A stretch of 63,819 nt of DNA, filler included, from a bacterium (GTDB taxonomy: Bacteria > JAJRZV01): assembly GCA_024275095.1 (NCBI GenBank). It is 4 parts of 4 records of this genome, joined end to end, with 100 filler letters (N's around TTAATTAATTAA, not from the genome) between each part and the next. Parts side by side here need not be neighbours in the genome. Positions count along the whole stretch, not along the records: positions 25,279 to 52,022 come from JAJRZV010000048.1; 3 more parts are not named here. One strand, given 5' to 3'. Below the pieces are notes generated by a model. It was not told the DNA's origin. It saw only the letters and a list, made by a program, of their open reading frames with translations, and did not search any database. Shown here one piece after another: positions 32,717 through 42,645 of this stretch; the first letter of the stretch is position 1; each line of letters opens with the position of its first letter. A program made the translations under genes and the position numbers.

Positions 32717-34549
32717 TCACAACTCCTTTTCAAATACGTAAGAGTCTTCAAGTTTTACAACGAGGTTCTCCACCAGGTGAGAATCAGTGCTGTGGAACCC
32801 GGAAAAAGCCCCGTCTGGCCCAGCCTTCAAGAAGGTACAATATGTGCCAAGCTCACCCACATACACGAGGAAATACGTGCCTTTGAGGGATTCATCCGTA
32901 AGATATACCGGCACTACGGGAGAAATATCTTCATCGCGCGGACCGTCACCTGCGATAAGGTATACTTTTGTTGATGTATTCTTCAGGCGGTGGTGGTGCT
33001 GATAAAATGGCTCTTCATTGTCAATTATTTCCTCTCCCACGTATAGAACTCCCCGGGCACTGGGATTGCGTGCAATTTCATTAATAAGCATATACTTGAG
33101 AGATTGCAAAAACGCTCCGTCACCCTGAATAGCCACACTTATCTCGTCAATATTTTCAGTCCCGCGAATACTCAAAAATTGAAAAATCTCATCGAGACAT
33201 ACAAGAAAAGGTTTATCCTCCAGATGTAACTTGGCGTAAACACTCCCTCTCACGTGTTCGATACGTCGTTCCCCAACATCCATAAGAGACCCATAATCCA
33301 GACCATCTCGAGGATACGTGGCTTCAACCACAACAATCTTCAGGGGCAGCCATTCTTTACGAGGGCTGTGAGAAACCGAGGCAGCCCAAAAGGCTCGAAG
33401 CAGCCGTTTTTTTAACGTCAAAGCACCGTAATAATCTGTTTCTGAAAGCACCACCGCATATCTGTCATCTCTGATTTTGCTGATAACATCAGAGCTTCTC
33501 ACAATGCTGTTGATAATGGTGAGCATGCGAGTAATGGATGCCTGGACGGCTTCTGAACGGTATTGGCGCTTGAGGTCTGGATAATTCTCCACACTGATAA
33601 AAAGTACGGAAACTACCCGGCGAAATCTGTGAGCCTTTTGTATCTCCTTGTCCAGATAATCCCTGAAAAAGCTCAGGTTGTATACACGCATCTCCGTGTC
33701 AATTAACTGGGAGCGCCTCAGGCGTTCAAGACGGCTGGTACTGTGAAGTGCAGCCGCGGCAATACGCAAAACTGCGTGCAATCCTCTCACCAGCAGAGGA
33801 TCGTACCTTTCCCTATCTACAAAAACCTTTACTATTCCTATTACATCTCCTTGAAAATCCAAAAATGCCTGCAGGACGACTTCACCACGTGCAGCTTTAA
33901 CATCTGTCTCCACGAGTTCATTCCGTGGAAATTCTGGAGCAGGAGCTGCATCAGAAGAATCTATAGCAGAAGGTTCTCCCCTCATTTCTACTTCACCGGT
34001 CGCGGAAGTCATAATATATTTTCCAGGTGCCTCAACTCCCTTCATCCAGCCAATACCACCTCTCGCATCCAGTCGAGAGGTAAGAATTTCCAGCAAGCGT
34101 TCCATAACCCTGTAGGGATCATCAAAAGAATACAAATCAATAATCTCGTCAAAATGGTCGAAAAGAACGGAATTCGTACGTGCAAGCTCCCGCAAACGTA
34201 CCACATAGTTGGCCTCTTGAATTTTCTTCCGAAGTTCCACTGAAGAGAGGGGTTTCTTCAAAATATCAAAAAATGTGGATGCAACTTTTCCATCCAGAGA
34301 TTTAAATACCTGGGGAGAGCATATTCCCAGAAGCACGTGATTTTCTCCGTCCACACTTCTAATGGAAGATGAGCCTCTTACACTTTCGTTATCAAGATTG
34401 CACATAACCACACTGAAATTATGAAGTGAAAACCCCGGGGGCAACCGAGGCTCCATGGAAACTTCTACACGAAAACCGTGACTTTCAAAAACACGGCTCA
34501 GTGCAGCCGACTGCTTTTTATCAAATCCCCATACAAGTGCCTTTCTCAT
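32717..34549 (-). CDS. REC-like/GAF-like/degenerate GGDEF protein with a C-terminal domain of unknown type
   Basis: LIDTEMRVYN..LDKEIQKAHR; RSSD I-site followed five residues later by RDDRY in place of GG(D/E)EF; ATYPRDG. Confidence 0.8.
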   Translation of the reverse strand: MRKALVWGFDKKQSAALSRVFESHGFRVEVSMEPRLPPGFSLHNFSVVMCNLDNESVRGSSSIRSVDGENHVLLGICSPQVFKSLDGKVASTFFDILKKPLSSVELRKKIQEANYVVRLRELARTNSVLFDHFDEIIDLYSFDDPYRVMERLLEILTSRLDARGGIGWMKGVEAPGKYIMTSATGEVEMRGEPSAIDSSDAAPAPEFPRNELVETDVKAARGEVVLQAFLDFQGDVIGIVKVFVDRERYDPLLVRGLHAVLRIAAAALHSTSRLERLRRSQLIDTEMRVYNLSFFRDYLDKEIQKAHRFRRVVSVLFISVENYPDLKRQYRSEAVQASITRMLTIINSIVRSSDVISKIRDDRYAVVLSETDYYGALTLKKRLLRAFWAASVSHSPRKEWLPLKIVVVEATYPRDGLDYGSLMDVGERRIEHVRGSVYAKLHLEDKPFLVCLDEIFQFLSIRGTENIDEISVAIQGDGAFLQSLKYMLINEIARNPSARGVLYVGEEIIDNEEPFYQHHHRLKNTSTKVYLIAGDGPRDEDISPVVPVYLTDESLKGTYFLVYVGELGTYCTFLKAGPDGAFSGFHSTDSHLVENLVVKLEDSYVFEKEL

Positions 34550-34914
34550 GGTTTCTTTCTCCTTACCGCAACCACCACCAGTACCAGTGTAATACCTGTC
34601 ACGTCTGCCAACCAGTCCCAGAAATCCGCCTCACGCCCGGGAGTACGCATCTGATGAATTTCATCAGACAGCGCAAATGCTGTTGTTCCCGTCCATGTGG
34701 CTGAAATCCTTAACGGGAGAGCACGAATCATCCCCAGGGCGTTCCACGAAAGGTAACTCAACACTGCATACTCTCCCATATGGATTATCTTGTCCGTGCC
34801 TCCTGGAAGAGAGGAAATACCCGGCACGTGAGAGAGGGATGAAAGATAAAATATAACCACACAATACATAATTGTTGCCGTTTGCCACAGGTAAAGACCA
34901 ATTCTCTGCCTCAA
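34546..34914 (-). CDS. VanZ family membrane protein
   Basis: IFYLSS, DKIIHMGEYAVL, SDEIHQ..PGR..DWLAD. Confidence 0.88.
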   Translation of the reverse strand: MRQRIGLYLWQTATIMYCVVIFYLSSLSHVPGISSLPGGTDKIIHMGEYAVLSYLSWNALGMIRALPLRISATWTGTTAFALSDEIHQMRTPGREADFWDWLADVTGITLVLVVVAVRRKKP

Positions 34915-34929
34915 CGTCCTTGCTAATCC

Positions 34930-35415
34930 TCACATCTTATATTTACCAAAGTCTTCTGTATCCAACTGCCTGAGCAGTTCCTCCAGTTCGCTTCGTTCCT
35001 CGCTATCTCCTTCAGCGCTTACAGAGTCCATTGTTTTCTGCATCACGATCTCTTCCACGAAAATTGGGGCATCAGCTCTCAGCGCCAGTGCAATGGCATC
35101 TGATGGCCTGCTGTCAACAAGGATTTCCTCTTCCCCGTATCGCAAATATATGTTGGCATAATAGGTGTTATCTATGAGGTCCGTCACAACGACTCTTTCC
35201 ACACGCACCCCAAGCTGGGCCAGACAATTATTCAACAAGTCATGAGTCATCGGGCGTGGCATTTCCACACCTTCGAGCTTGGCGGCAATTGCAGATGCCT
35301 CCATAAACCCGATCCATATAGGAAGGATTTTGTCACCTTCTTCCTCTTTGAGAATAACAATGGGAGAGTTGGTTTTGTTGTGGATTACTACACCAGCAAC
35401 TTTTACCTTAATCAT
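34930..35415 (-). CDS. Bifunctional nuclease family protein (DUF151)
   Basis: LPIWIG..EA..RPMTHDLL, DSRPSDAIALALR. Confidence 0.92.
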   Translation of the reverse strand: MIKVKVAGVVIHNKTNSPIVILKEEEGDKILPIWIGFMEASAIAAKLEGVEMPRPMTHDLLNNCLAQLGVRVERVVVTDLIDNTYYANIYLRYGEEEILVDSRPSDAIALALRADAPIFVEEIVMQKTMDSVSAEGDSEERSELEELLRQLDTEDFGKYKM

Positions 35416-36775
35416 GATTTCTACCCTCCTGCGCGGTTTCAACAATTTCACCACGCAAAGAATTGGCATGGGCCTGAGTAATGTGAACCTTCACCTCACG
35501 TCCCATAACTTCAGAAGGACCGGGGAAATTGACCACGCGATTACACCGTGTTCTGCCTGTCAGTTCGTGCCTGTCTCTGCGAGACGTTCCCTCAACCAGT
35601 ACATCAACAACACGATTTTCCAGGTCTCTGTTCTTTTTCAGAGTGATTTCCTTCTGGAGAGCCTGTACCTGCGCCAATCTTTCAAGGCGGACTTTCAGAG
35701 GCACCTGATTATGCAGTCTGGCCGCCGGGGTCCCTGGCCGCGGAGAATACGCAAATGAAAAAATAAAATCAAATTGCACTTCTTCGAGAAGACTGAGGGT
35801 GTCCTGAAAATCCTTTTCGGTTTCTCCAGGAAATCCTACTATGATATCAGTCGAAAGTGCCACTGTTACAGGGAGTTTTTTTACCATTTCCACCTTTCTC
35901 AGGTATTCATCCCGGGTATACCCTCTGTTCATGGCCTTCAGTATTCGAGTAGAACCAGCCTGTACAGGAAGGTGCAGATGCTCGCAAAGAACGTCGAGTG
36001 TTACAAACCGCCTTGCAAGCTGCTCTGTAAAATCTCGGGGGTGGGAAGTAATAAAACGCAGTCTTTGCAAACCCGGTGTTGCAGCCACCATATCCAACAG
36101 ATGTGGAAAGTCAACTCCCCAGCCTTCTTTTAAACCGTAAGAATTCACGTTCTGACCGACAAGCGTAATCTCTTTCGTACCTCTTGATACCAGTTCTTTC
36201 ACCTCTTCAAGTATATCTTCAGGAGGCCTGCTGACTTCTCGACCCCTCACATGGGGGACGATGCAATACGCGCAAAAATTATCACAACCTTCCATCACTG
36301 TTACATACTCTTTAAGTCCCGAAGATACCCGCAAACGTTTAGCACTAAACCGCTCACCCGGAGTGTAATCAGTAGAAACATCAACAGCCTTCTCGCCGGA
36401 GCTTGCTTTTTCGATAAGCTCAGGCAATCTGTGAAGAGAATGAGTTCCAAAAACCACATCCACATGGGGGAAACGCTCTGCTATGGTCCTTCCTGCTTCC
36501 TGAGCCATACATCCCCCTATACCAACCACAACATTTGCACACCGTTGTTTGAACATTTTCAACCGCCCCAGTTCACTGAGAACTTTCTGTTCAGCTTTTT
36601 CCCTCACAGCACAGGTGTTAATGATAATTACATCAGCTTCGTCGATGTTATCCGTCATTTCATACCCTTCTTGCTTGAGCACACCAAGAATTGCCGACGT
36701 ATCTCTCACGTTCATCTGACATCCGTATGTCTTTACGTAAACCCGACCTTTCACCAACCTGGCCTCCTCGTTCAA
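35408..36775 (-). CDS. miaB: tRNA-2-methylthio-N6-dimethylallyladenosine synthase
   Basis: TYGCQMN, NTCAVREKAE, radical SAM GCDNFCAYC, DIIVGFPGET, YSPRPGT, TRAM domain. Confidence 0.97.
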   Translation of the reverse strand: MNEEARLVKGRVYVKTYGCQMNVRDTSAILGVLKQEGYEMTDNIDEADVIIINTCAVREKAEQKVLSELGRLKMFKQRCANVVVGIGGCMAQEAGRTIAERFPHVDVVFGTHSLHRLPELIEKASSGEKAVDVSTDYTPGERFSAKRLRVSSGLKEYVTVMEGCDNFCAYCIVPHVRGREVSRPPEDILEEVKELVSRGTKEITLVGQNVNSYGLKEGWGVDFPHLLDMVAATPGLQRLRFITSHPRDFTEQLARRFVTLDVLCEHLHLPVQAGSTRILKAMNRGYTRDEYLRKVEMVKKLPVTVALSTDIIVGFPGETEKDFQDTLSLLEEVQFDFIFSFAYSPRPGTPAARLHNQVPLKVRLERLAQVQALQKEITLKKNRDLENRVVDVLVEGTSRRDRHELTGRTRCNRVVNFPGPSEVMGREVKVHITQAHANSLRGEIVETAQEGRNHD

Positions 36776-36828
36776 GCTATGCCGAACGGAATTTCCTCCC
36801 TCTTTTTTCTTGAAGTAATTATTTTACC

Positions 36829-38982
36829 TCAATTCTCCCTTCTGGTGTAGGCAAGAACCCACATTACCTGAAACACCAGTAAAAGCAACAGGAGTGTTCC
36901 CGGTAAATCTCCCTCAGGCGAAAAGCGACACCCGAAGCCGCGCATGATGTTGTTCACAAACACGTAAGGTCCATATACGGCGGAAACTCCACGCAAGGAT
37001 TCGATCGTTAGTGTTACCTCTACCCTACCCACTCCAGGACTGAAAACACTTTTTCCAGCATCAGATACAGTTGATTGGAAAAATTCACCTGCCATGCCTG
37101 AACCTTCCCACATTATTCGTACTCTGCCGGGTTTATCCATCATCCACTCAACTTCTACTTTCCCGTTACCCTGTGGTTTCATATTCAATAATATCAACCC
37201 CGGGGGTTCATCATCACATTCTCCGATATTGCCCCTGGAAGACAAAATGTCCAAAGGAAAATGCAATTTTCCGTATCCCCAGGAAGGATTGGGCACCTGT
37301 CCAGTGAACACGTCTGTAACAGCAGAGTTCCAGATCAGCTCCCTCACCTCCTGTGGAGAAAGTCCATTACATGGGTCCAGGAGTCTCGCGGCAACTCCTG
37401 TAACAAAAGGACTGGCCACGCTGGTACCCCACAAAACCATGTGCTCGCCGTCCTCTGTGATGTATCCACTGCTCACCATGGAGTCATCTGCATGTGAAGA
37501 CACCACCACTTCCCCTGGAGCAACAACGTCAGGTTTCACAAAGCCTTCACCCCGCGCCGGACCCTTGCTGGAAAATGTCGAAAGGGAGCCTATTGTTTTC
37601 CCTATGGATCTGAGCTGTCCATTTTTATCGTACCAGGAATTTCTTGAGACAAAACTTCCAGTTGCTATTATCCGAGGGGATGTTGCAGGCACATTAATGG
37701 TGTAGAAAGTATCACCAGGGATCAACTTCACTGTTGACGTGGCCACGGTGATTGTGTCTGTCACAGTGGAGAAATATGCGCTACCCTCTGAAATCCACAT
37801 ATCCCAACGCACTTCTTGAGACTGAGGTTCCATTAGAATTACATATTCATACGCATCAAATTCAGGCCCCTGAATCTGAAAAAGCACGTGGTCTGCACCA
37901 TTCATTGCACTGGGAGAATCCAAGGCATCAATAGTGACTGAAAGAGCAAAATCTCCCTTATCGGAAGTAAAAGAAGAAACCGCTATGGTTCCGCTTTTGA
38001 CCCACGAAGAGATATCAATGAGCGAGCCATCTTTCATCAGTCCCACTGCATAACGGGAAACCAACGGTGGGTTTGCCCATAATTCTACTTCCACGCTGCC
38101 TCCTCCCGGGAAAAAAAACGAAACAGGCACAAGTCGACAGGCTCTGGGTCCTGTGCTACTGGTCCCACAGTGCACGAAGTGATTACCGTCATTTCCCGCC
38201 GCTGCAACAGCCAGGCCATCCTCACCCAGACACTCCGCAATGAGGTCTTCAAAAGGGGTTGTTCCATCATGAGGACCATACTGGCCACCCAGAGAAAGGT
38301 TTACCACAAAAGGCATGTTCAAACTTCTCGCCTTTTCAGCAATGTAGCACACAGCATCCACGACCGCCGTTTCGACGAACTTCACCTTCACAAACACGAA
38401 CATTGCATCCGGACAGAGCCCGGTATATACAGAATTCAACGACGCAAGGATACCGGCCACGTGTGTCCCATGACTCGTCCCATCATCCTCAACAAAACAC
38501 TCCCCCTGATTGATGTCACCGGTTGTACACTCATGCCCATAGCTATATCCTTCGGGAGGCGGACCGGTTAAGGAGGTCTGATCCCACACGTAAGCAAAGA
38601 CATTTGTTCCGTCAGAATACACAAAATCCGGATTGTAAAGGTCTATACCCGTATCTACTATCCCTATGAGCACACCTGTACAGCCAGGGGGCATTTTGCC
38701 ATGTGGTGGCTTTACACCCACGACTTCAGCCGCCACATCAAGAAGAGGTCGAAGTGGATGAACAGGATATACTCCCCAGCCCCTCAGGTCTCTTGCTGTT
38801 CTTATAACATCCCACCGGTGTCCCGCGCGTATTACAGTAGCCTGCCGCAAAGCATTTACTATCCGTCCCCGGGTATAACTGCTCTTGAATATAAAGTATT
38901 CCTTTTCTTGAGATGCATTCGCCCATAATGCACTACACATCACCGACGTCGTCAGCAAGAGGATGAAGGCTGCCCTTTTCAC
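36829..38982 (-). CDS. Secreted S8 (subtilisin-like) serine peptidase with MYXO-CTERM-like C-terminal anchor
   Basis: Signal peptide; triad GIVDTG / HGTHVAG / GTSVASP; AAGN; large insert; tail GFGC..LLLLLLVF..RREN. Confidence 0.88.
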   Translation of the reverse strand: MKRAAFILLLTTSVMCSALWANASQEKEYFIFKSSYTRGRIVNALRQATVIRAGHRWDVIRTARDLRGWGVYPVHPLRPLLDVAAEVVGVKPPHGKMPPGCTGVLIGIVDTGIDLYNPDFVYSDGTNVFAYVWDQTSLTGPPPEGYSYGHECTTGDINQGECFVEDDGTSHGTHVAGILASLNSVYTGLCPDAMFVFVKVKFVETAVVDAVCYIAEKARSLNMPFVVNLSLGGQYGPHDGTTPFEDLIAECLGEDGLAVAAAGNDGNHFVHCGTSSTGPRACRLVPVSFFFPGGGSVEVELWANPPLVSRYAVGLMKDGSLIDISSWVKSGTIAVSSFTSDKGDFALSVTIDALDSPSAMNGADHVLFQIQGPEFDAYEYVILMEPQSQEVRWDMWISEGSAYFSTVTDTITVATSTVKLIPGDTFYTINVPATSPRIIATGSFVSRNSWYDKNGQLRSIGKTIGSLSTFSSKGPARGEGFVKPDVVAPGEVVVSSHADDSMVSSGYITEDGEHMVLWGTSVASPFVTGVAARLLDPCNGLSPQEVRELIWNSAVTDVFTGQVPNPSWGYGKLHFPLDILSSRGNIGECDDEPPGLILLNMKPQGNGKVEVEWMMDKPGRVRIMWEGSGMAGEFFQSTVSDAGKSVFSPGVGRVEVTLTIESLRGVSAVYGPYVFVNNIMRGFGCRFSPEGDLPGTLLLLLLVFQVMWVLAYTRREN

Positions 38983-39836
38983 AGAGGATTTACGCGAGGT
39001 TTAATTAACGGTCCTGAAATACTAAAACGCCACCCTTTCTCCCCGAATTTTCTGAGGTTGAGAAAGGAAAGTTTCTCTCTTACAGCTTTTTCCAGCTCTC
39101 GACCGGGCTTGATAGTGAGCACACAATTGACGCGTGTCTGTTCCACAGGGATTTTCAAAAAGATTCTTCCTTTAAGCTCTCCCTTAAGGGATGGACCCTC
39201 GATCCGGCCGACTTTCACCTCCCCAACAGATTGCTTGAACTCCGCCTTTAAAACCCCTTCTCCCAAAGAAAGCGGTGGAAGTTCAAAAATATCCAGCAAC
39301 TTTCCCCCGCTTACAGACATACCTTTTAACTTAAGTATTACCCTTCCATCGTAAGTGTTTCTCCGAGACGAAGACGAGTGCATCTCTATCTCCACATCAG
39401 CCTCACCTGCTATCTCCATACCGAGCCGTTCCTTTAACCCCAGCATCGTAATATTTAATTTTTTTGCATTCAAAATAAAGTTATAAGGTTCACGATACTT
39501 ATATTCCAGTTGAAAAGTTCCTCCGAGGGTATGACCGTAGATACTAACTGCAGGAGAAAAAATGTGTTTACTCAACTTTACATCCCTGAGGGTGAAAACA
39601 TCTCCCACGGCAACATTTTCAATAACAAGACCCAGTGGAAACGACACTTTTACACCCTCGGCATACACCAGCCCCTTGGTTTGCCTCTGTAGATACAGCG
39701 AAAAAATCCGACCAACCATATGGTGAGGAAACGTGGCATAAAAGAAAATGATAAACGCTATTATGAAAAGGCTTACATAACCCAGTACCCTGACAGGCTT
39801 TCTGTGTAATATACCCAGTACCTTCTCTCGCATCAC
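38979..39836 (-). CDS. gspN: Type II secretion protein GspN-like
   Basis: N-terminal TM ending FYATFP, beta-rich body, C-terminal ISGPLIKPRV; follows L- and M-like genes. Confidence 0.7.
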   Translation of the reverse strand: MMREKVLGILHRKPVRVLGYVSLFIIAFIIFFYATFPHHMVGRIFSLYLQRQTKGLVYAEGVKVSFPLGLVIENVAVGDVFTLRDVKLSKHIFSPAVSIYGHTLGGTFQLEYKYREPYNFILNAKKLNITMLGLKERLGMEIAGEADVEIEMHSSSSRRNTYDGRVILKLKGMSVSGGKLLDIFELPPLSLGEGVLKAEFKQSVGEVKVGRIEGPSLKGELKGRIFLKIPVEQTRVNCVLTIKPGRELEKAVREKLSFLNLRKFGEKGWRFSISGPLIKPRVNPL

Positions 39837-39842
39837 TTATCC

Positions 39843-40373
39843 TTACTTAACATGAGGTGCCTCTACTTCAACCACAGCGTTGATCCCGTCTCCTTTAATA
39901 TTCTTTTCTATGCTCACCCGTACAAGGCTCATGCGTACCTTTGAGTAATTTTCGATCCGGTTCAAGAAACGCATGAAGCGATCAAACGCCACACCCTTGA
40001 ATTTCAATTTCACACTCTGTATAAGGTATGTTCCCCGATCAACCGGGCTTCCAGGCTCAATGGTTTCATATTGGATATTCTCTTTATTGACAAGTTCATT
40101 TACTATGGACATCAGGCTTTGTCCTGCCGGCAGGGCCTTTGCCACGTTCTGGCGCGGTCCTGAAGGAACCTTTTCTTTCAACTTCACCATCTCCTCATAC
40201 CGTTTGAAATGCCTATCCACGCGGTCGCGCAGCTCCCGCAAGCTGCCAATCTGAACCGCAAATACCACCAGCGATATAAAAAGTGCTACTCCCAGTAACA
40301 CATTCAGAACCAAGGACCACCGAGATCGCAGTTCTGCAATAATGTCTTTAAATGAAGGAGGAAACATTTTCAC
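39843..40373 (-). CDS. gspM: Type II secretion protein GspM-like
   Basis: TM, coiled coil and ferredoxin-like C terminus (VKLKFKGV..FLNRIE); synteny. Confidence 0.65.
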   Translation of the reverse strand: MKMFPPSFKDIIAELRSRWSLVLNVLLGVALFISLVVFAVQIGSLRELRDRVDRHFKRYEEMVKLKEKVPSGPRQNVAKALPAGQSLMSIVNELVNKENIQYETIEPGSPVDRGTYLIQSVKLKFKGVAFDRFMRFLNRIENYSKVRMSLVRVSIEKNIKGDGINAVVEVEAPHVK

Positions 40374-41710
40374 TTTACTTTACTCCTGATGCGAAAGCGA
40401 TAGCCGGAACCGTCTCTCGTTCTCCGGGTAAGAATGACTTTTACGTCTTCAAACATTTCTTCCTCTTCGAGGCGTTTCCGAAACGCATCTACCAGTATCA
40501 CTTCATCCGCACGACCGTCAATCTCAACCCTTCCTTCAATAAAAGAAACCTCTACAAGCTGAACTTTTGAAGCATCAGCGGAACGACTCACCGCGAGAAA
40601 AATATCCAAAAATGCATTGTTAGTACCATCAAAACCACGCTCGATATACTTCTTCGTCATTTCTTTCATCTGGAGATATGGATCAAGTATCTTCTTTACG
40701 TCGGGGAATGTATCCACAAAGAGGTTCAGTTCCTTCGCTTTTAAGATTTGAAGTGACTCTCTGTAACTCCTTTTGACAATGGCTAAACCAGTATCGAGAG
40801 CAATTAACGAAGCCAGGACAAAAGCAGCAAAGACCCTCAACTGGGCAACCGGCAGGCCCTTGCGAAAATGGGGGGCGAGTTCCCCTGTTCTGAAATTAAC
40901 AGTTTGCGTGTACATGGCAACAGCCAGGGCCGGAAAGAAAGCAACGAATTCTTCTTCGCTGTAGGGCCATTGAATAGCAAAGTCTTTTGAATTTACCGTC
41001 TTCACATCAGTAGCCACGTTTTTAAATATGTTCTGAACTTCGAGTTTACAAGCTTGTGAACCACATAACACCAATGAATTGATAGCGCCCTCGCCTGGAA
41101 GAGCGTGTATTGTTCGACGGATTTCCCGATGAATCCACGAAGAATCACTTTCATCCTTAACCCCACGACGGATAATCCGTGGAATTACGATCCCATCGCG
41201 ACAACACAAAATCACTGTGTAATATTTTTCTACATTTACCACGCATCCTTCTTTTCCTCTAATAACCTCCCGCAGCGGTAAAATGCCGTCTCTTACCACA
41301 TCAGCGAAAAACTCCTTCTCGTCCAGCTCACCAACGAAACTCTCAACAAGCTCCCTTGGAGCAGCCATGACAATATATTTTTCATTTCCTGCCGGTTCAA
41401 AAGCGGTGAGCATCTCATTTGCTTTCAACGGTATTTCATTCTCCATCTCAAATGGCAACACCTGTGACAGCTTTCGCGGATTCTTCAGAGGAATTTCCAG
41501 CAACCTGAAATGAAGAAAAAATGGTGGCAGGGTAACTCTCACCTCGCCTTCCCGAAGCCACTGAGAACAATCAGAAACCAGCTTTTCCGCTTCATCTACA
41601 GCGTACCGTCCGCGGAAGAGAACACGATCACCTTCCCGGCTGTGCTGAACAACAACGCATATAAACTCTTCTCCTGTTGCATAAATTGCCGTTGTTACGG
41701 GTAAATTCAT
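40370..41710 (-). CDS. gspL: Type II secretion protein GspL-like (actin-like cytoplasmic domain + PilN-like domain)
   Basis: FRLLEIP..QVLPFEME..IP, LCGS, VNFRTGELA, TM, FPDVKKILDP..QM. Confidence 0.7.
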   Translation of the reverse strand: MNLPVTTAIYATGEEFICVVVQHSREGDRVLFRGRYAVDEAEKLVSDCSQWLREGEVRVTLPPFFLHFRLLEIPLKNPRKLSQVLPFEMENEIPLKANEMLTAFEPAGNEKYIVMAAPRELVESFVGELDEKEFFADVVRDGILPLREVIRGKEGCVVNVEKYYTVILCCRDGIVIPRIIRRGVKDESDSSWIHREIRRTIHALPGEGAINSLVLCGSQACKLEVQNIFKNVATDVKTVNSKDFAIQWPYSEEEFVAFFPALAVAMYTQTVNFRTGELAPHFRKGLPVAQLRVFAAFVLASLIALDTGLAIVKRSYRESLQILKAKELNLFVDTFPDVKKILDPYLQMKEMTKKYIERGFDGTNNAFLDIFLAVSRSADASKVQLVEVSFIEGRVEIDGRADEVILVDAFRKRLEEEEMFEDVKVILTRRTRDGSGYRFRIRSKVK

Positions 41711-42645
41711 ACTTCCACCCTGAAAACACCCATCTTTTTATATTTCTCGAAACGTTTATTCACTCTCTCTTCGAGAGGCACGGACTGTATTTGCGAAAGA
41801 TGCCGGGCAATAGCGTCTTTCAACATGCGAACAGCACCTGGTGGGTCCCTGTGGGCACCACCTAAGGGTTCCTTAACCATATCGTCGACTATTCCAAGCT
41901 GCAAGAGCTCAGGTGCTGTAAGTTTCAACATTTCGGCAGCCTGAGGGGCTCGACTGCTGTTGCGAAACAGAATGGATGCACATCCTTCAGGGGATATAAC
42001 GCTGAATATAGAATGTTCCATCATCAGGATTCTGTCTGCAGATGCAAGTGCAAGAGCACCCCCACTTCCTCCTTCTCCGATGATCACTGACAGCGTAGGT
42101 ACAGGTAACGAAAGCATTCGTTCAATACATTCGGCAATAGCCGTAGCCTGCCCTCTTTCTTCTGCCTCCACTCCAGGATAAGCCCCGGGCGTATCCACCA
42201 GAGTTATGAAAGGTTTGTTGAAGCGCCTTGCAAGTTCCATAATACGCATTGCCTTTCTATATCCTTCTGGATGAGCCATACCGAAATTCCGTTTTTGACG
42301 TTCGCGGGCATTTCCACCTTTCTCCTGGGCTGCAAAGAAAACCGTCTCGTTTTCAAAGCGGGCCACGCCTGTAATAAGAGCAGGATCATCTCCTCCGCAC
42401 CTGTCTCCATGAAGTTCGTAAACATCACTGAAAATACTGTAAACATAGTAAAGGGCATGCGGTCGGTCTGGATGACGTGCAAGCAACACCCTTTGCCAGG
42501 GAGTAAGTCGAGAAAATATATCCTCTATGGTCTTCTGAATCCGGGCCTCTAAGCGTTTAACCTCTTCCTCGTTTCCTTCGCTCAAAGCTTCAGAAAGGCG
42601 CTCGTCCAGTTCCTGAATGCTCTTTTCAAATTCAAGGTATTGCAA
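41707..42645 (-). CDS. accA: Acetyl-CoA carboxylase carboxyltransferase alpha subunit
   Basis: YLEFEK, ARHPDRP, ELHGDR, RNFGM.HPEGYRKA, DTPGAYPG, GEGGSGGALA. Confidence 0.97.
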   Translation of the reverse strand: MQYLEFEKSIQELDERLSEALSEGNEEEVKRLEARIQKTIEDIFSRLTPWQRVLLARHPDRPHALYYVYSIFSDVYELHGDRCGGDDPALITGVARFENETVFFAAQEKGGNARERQKRNFGMAHPEGYRKAMRIMELARRFNKPFITLVDTPGAYPGVEAEERGQATAIAECIERMLSLPVPTLSVIIGEGGSGGALALASADRILMMEHSIFSVISPEGCASILFRNSSRAPQAAEMLKLTAPELLQLGIVDDMVKEPLGGAHRDPPGAVRMLKDAIARHLSQIQSVPLEERVNKRFEKYKKMGVFRVEV

